In this document: positions 62,699-64,000 of the stretch, in pieces
How the letters are laid out: every line of letters starts with the position of its first letter
Position numbering within the stretch: position 1 is the stretch's first letter
From: Candidatus Falkowbacteria bacterium
Lineage (GTDB): Bacteria; Patescibacteriota; Patescibacteriia; Patescibacteriales; UBA12465
Length of the DNA stretch: 64,000 bases
Direction of reading: 5' to 3'
Assembly: GCA_037134915.1 (NCBI GenBank)
Contig: JBAXLJ010000001.1
Coordinates: forward strand, 37,484-101,483
Notes under the pieces: generated by a model
Told to the model about the DNA's origin: nothing
The model's database searches: none
Seen by the model: the letters and a program-made list of their open reading frames with translations, nothing else
Program-made: the position numbers and the translations under genes

Positions 62699-63145
62699 AT
62701 GGAAAGGAGAATAATTAGAGTCTTAATCATCGAAGATGAGAAAGATGTGTCTTTGGCTATTTTAAGAATTCTGAAAAAAATGCTGGAATCCTTAAGCCTG
62801 GAAGGCGAATTTTGCCGCATAACAAAATATGAAGATGCCAGTTTAAAACTGGAATCGGAAAAGTATGACCTTATTTCCTTAGATGGTATTTTAGGAAATA
62901 ATCAGTCCACCTACCCGCTGGTAAAAAAGATTTTAGATTTTAATCCGGAAGTAATTGCTTTCTCTTTGTCTTCTGATTACGAACAAGTGCAGACGGCTCT
63001 TAATTTTGGACTGCAGTTTGGCTTCTTAAAAGATTTTGATTATGATCTGGAGACTGGTGATTATCGGATTATTACAGCCAATGATTTACAGAAGATTAAA
63101 GAAGTTTTGGAGAATAAAATAAATAGTAACAATCTAAAAAGTTAA
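62699..63145 (+). CDS. Stand-alone receiver (REC/CheY-like) domain protein
   Basis: RVLIIEDEKD acidic pocket, candidate phospho-acceptor in DLISLDGIL. No output domain. Confidence 0.7.
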   Translation: MERRIIRVLIIEDEKDVSLAILRILKKMLESLSLEGEFCRITKYEDASLKLESEKYDLISLDGILGNNQSTYPLVKKILDFNPEVIAFSLSSDYEQVQTALNFGLQFGFLKDFDYDLETGDYRIITANDLQKIKEVLENKINSNNLKS

Positions 63146-63149
63146 GAAG

Positions 63150-63962
63150 ATGATGCCAAGAAATTTGTACTTGCTTCGACATGGACAGTCGGAGGGTAAT
63201 TTAGTTAGACGGCAGTTTGAAAGTACTGGCGATAATTCTCTGTATTCAGAAGATTTTCTAAATATTCATGAATCACAGTACAATCTTACGCCCGAAGGTG
63301 TTAGACAGGCAAAGCTGGCCGGTAATTGGTTAAAAGAGAATGGTTTAACTTATTTTAATCGGAAGCTGGTCTCAAATAACAATCGAGCCATGCAAACAGC
63401 GGCTCACTTAAATTTGCATAATGCTGACTGGATGATTGACTTTAATTTAAGGGAGCGCGATGGAGGATTATTTAATGTCATTTCACCAGAGCAAAGAGAT
63501 TTGGATTATTCGGATCAGCAAAAATTTTATGACACCCAGTCTTTCTTTTATCGTCCGCCGCAAGGCGAAAGTGTGGCTGATGTTGCTCAGCGAGTTAAAA
63601 TAATTTTAGATACCCTGGCTCGTGAATGCGATGGTAAAGATGTGCTGGCTGTTTGTCACGGACACGTGATGCGGACTTTTAGGATAGTGCTCGAGAGAAT
63701 GTGCTTATCTAAAATTAATGATTATCTTAGCACTAAAGAAGCTTGGGCGAGTGTTCCTAATTGTGCGATTGTGCAGTACACCAGGCAAAATCCTTGGAAC
63801 AAAAATCAGGCGTTAGACGACCACTTTAATTGGGTCAGAATTATTAGGCCCGCTGGCGGTGGTGAGTTAGTTGATCGTTTTACAGAAATTAAGCGGAAAA
63901 AGTTTTCTAATCAGGAATTACTGCAAGAGGCCGCCAAAAATCGTAATCTTAAAAAAGATTAA
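63150..63962 (+). CDS. Histidine phosphatase superfamily (phosphoglycerate-mutase-like, branch 1) protein
   Basis: Catalytic RHG in LYLLRHGQSEGN and a second His in CHGHVMR. Confidence 0.8.
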   Translation: MMPRNLYLLRHGQSEGNLVRRQFESTGDNSLYSEDFLNIHESQYNLTPEGVRQAKLAGNWLKENGLTYFNRKLVSNNNRAMQTAAHLNLHNADWMIDFNLRERDGGLFNVISPEQRDLDYSDQQKFYDTQSFFYRPPQGESVADVAQRVKIILDTLARECDGKDVLAVCHGHVMRTFRIVLERMCLSKINDYLSTKEAWASVPNCAIVQYTRQNPWNKNQALDDHFNWVRIIRPAGGGELVDRFTEIKRKKFSNQELLQEAAKNRNLKKD

Positions 63963-63964
63963 AA

Positions 63965-64000
63965 TGGAAAAAATTAAAGTTCTAATTATTAGGGATGAGG
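63965..64000 (+). CDS. Probable second response-regulator receiver protein, N-terminal fragment (continues beyond the window)
   Basis: MEKIKVLIIRDE... starts 2 nt after the previous stop. Confidence 0.45.

Noticed and set aside
1-64000. CRISPR arrays, integrases, transposases, reverse transcriptase/DGR, prophage genes and rRNA operons.
   Set aside because: I saw no regularly spaced direct repeats and no ORF with recombinase, transposase, RT or capsid-type motifs among the ORFs of 60 aa or more. The only repeats found are those reported at 14768/14902, 19833 and 25742/28276.

Overview
This is a low-GC, gene-dense bacterial chromosome segment that uses the standard genetic code; TGA acts as a stop, for example at 2493-2495. 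It covers the replication-origin neighbourhood. rpmH-rnpA-yidD-yidC lie on the minus strand and dnaA-dnaN on the plus strand, with DnaA-box-like 9-mers and an AT-rich tract between dnaA and dnaN. Housekeeping genes include ppsA, lgt, trxB, a PBP1A, glyA-folD-recQ, nusA, hppA, tig, smpB-ssrA, infC-rpmI-rplT-secG, rnj and rpsA. There are also eight tRNAs and one tmRNA. The gene content suggests a reduced-genome CPR/Patescibacteria-type organism: expanded TrbC/VirB2-like pilin genes, a membrane pyrophosphatase, an orphan membrane-anchored solute-binding protein and many lineage-specific hypotheticals. That assignment is inference only. No CRISPR array, integrase, transposase or reverse transcriptase was seen. 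The best candidates for something new are listed here in order. (1) A battery of six tandem paralogous VirB2/TrbC-like pilin genes at 371-2911, with a seventh copy at 45457 and an adjacent secreted protein and 3D-domain protein. (2) A same-strand run holding an Elp3-type radical-SAM/GNAT enzyme and a Trm9-like methyltransferase, which hints at a eukaryote/archaea-style wobble-U pathway. (3) A block of orphan genes next to tRNA-His at 24.9-29.2 kb, with a 26-nt direct repeat bracketing 2.5 kb and a regulator plus operator-like palindrome. (4) Two ORF-free intervals bounded by a promoter and a terminator, at 52.55-52.83 kb (+) and 55.2-55.4 kb (-), that look like unclassified structured RNAs. 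All functional calls rest on motif recognition by eye; no database search was run.
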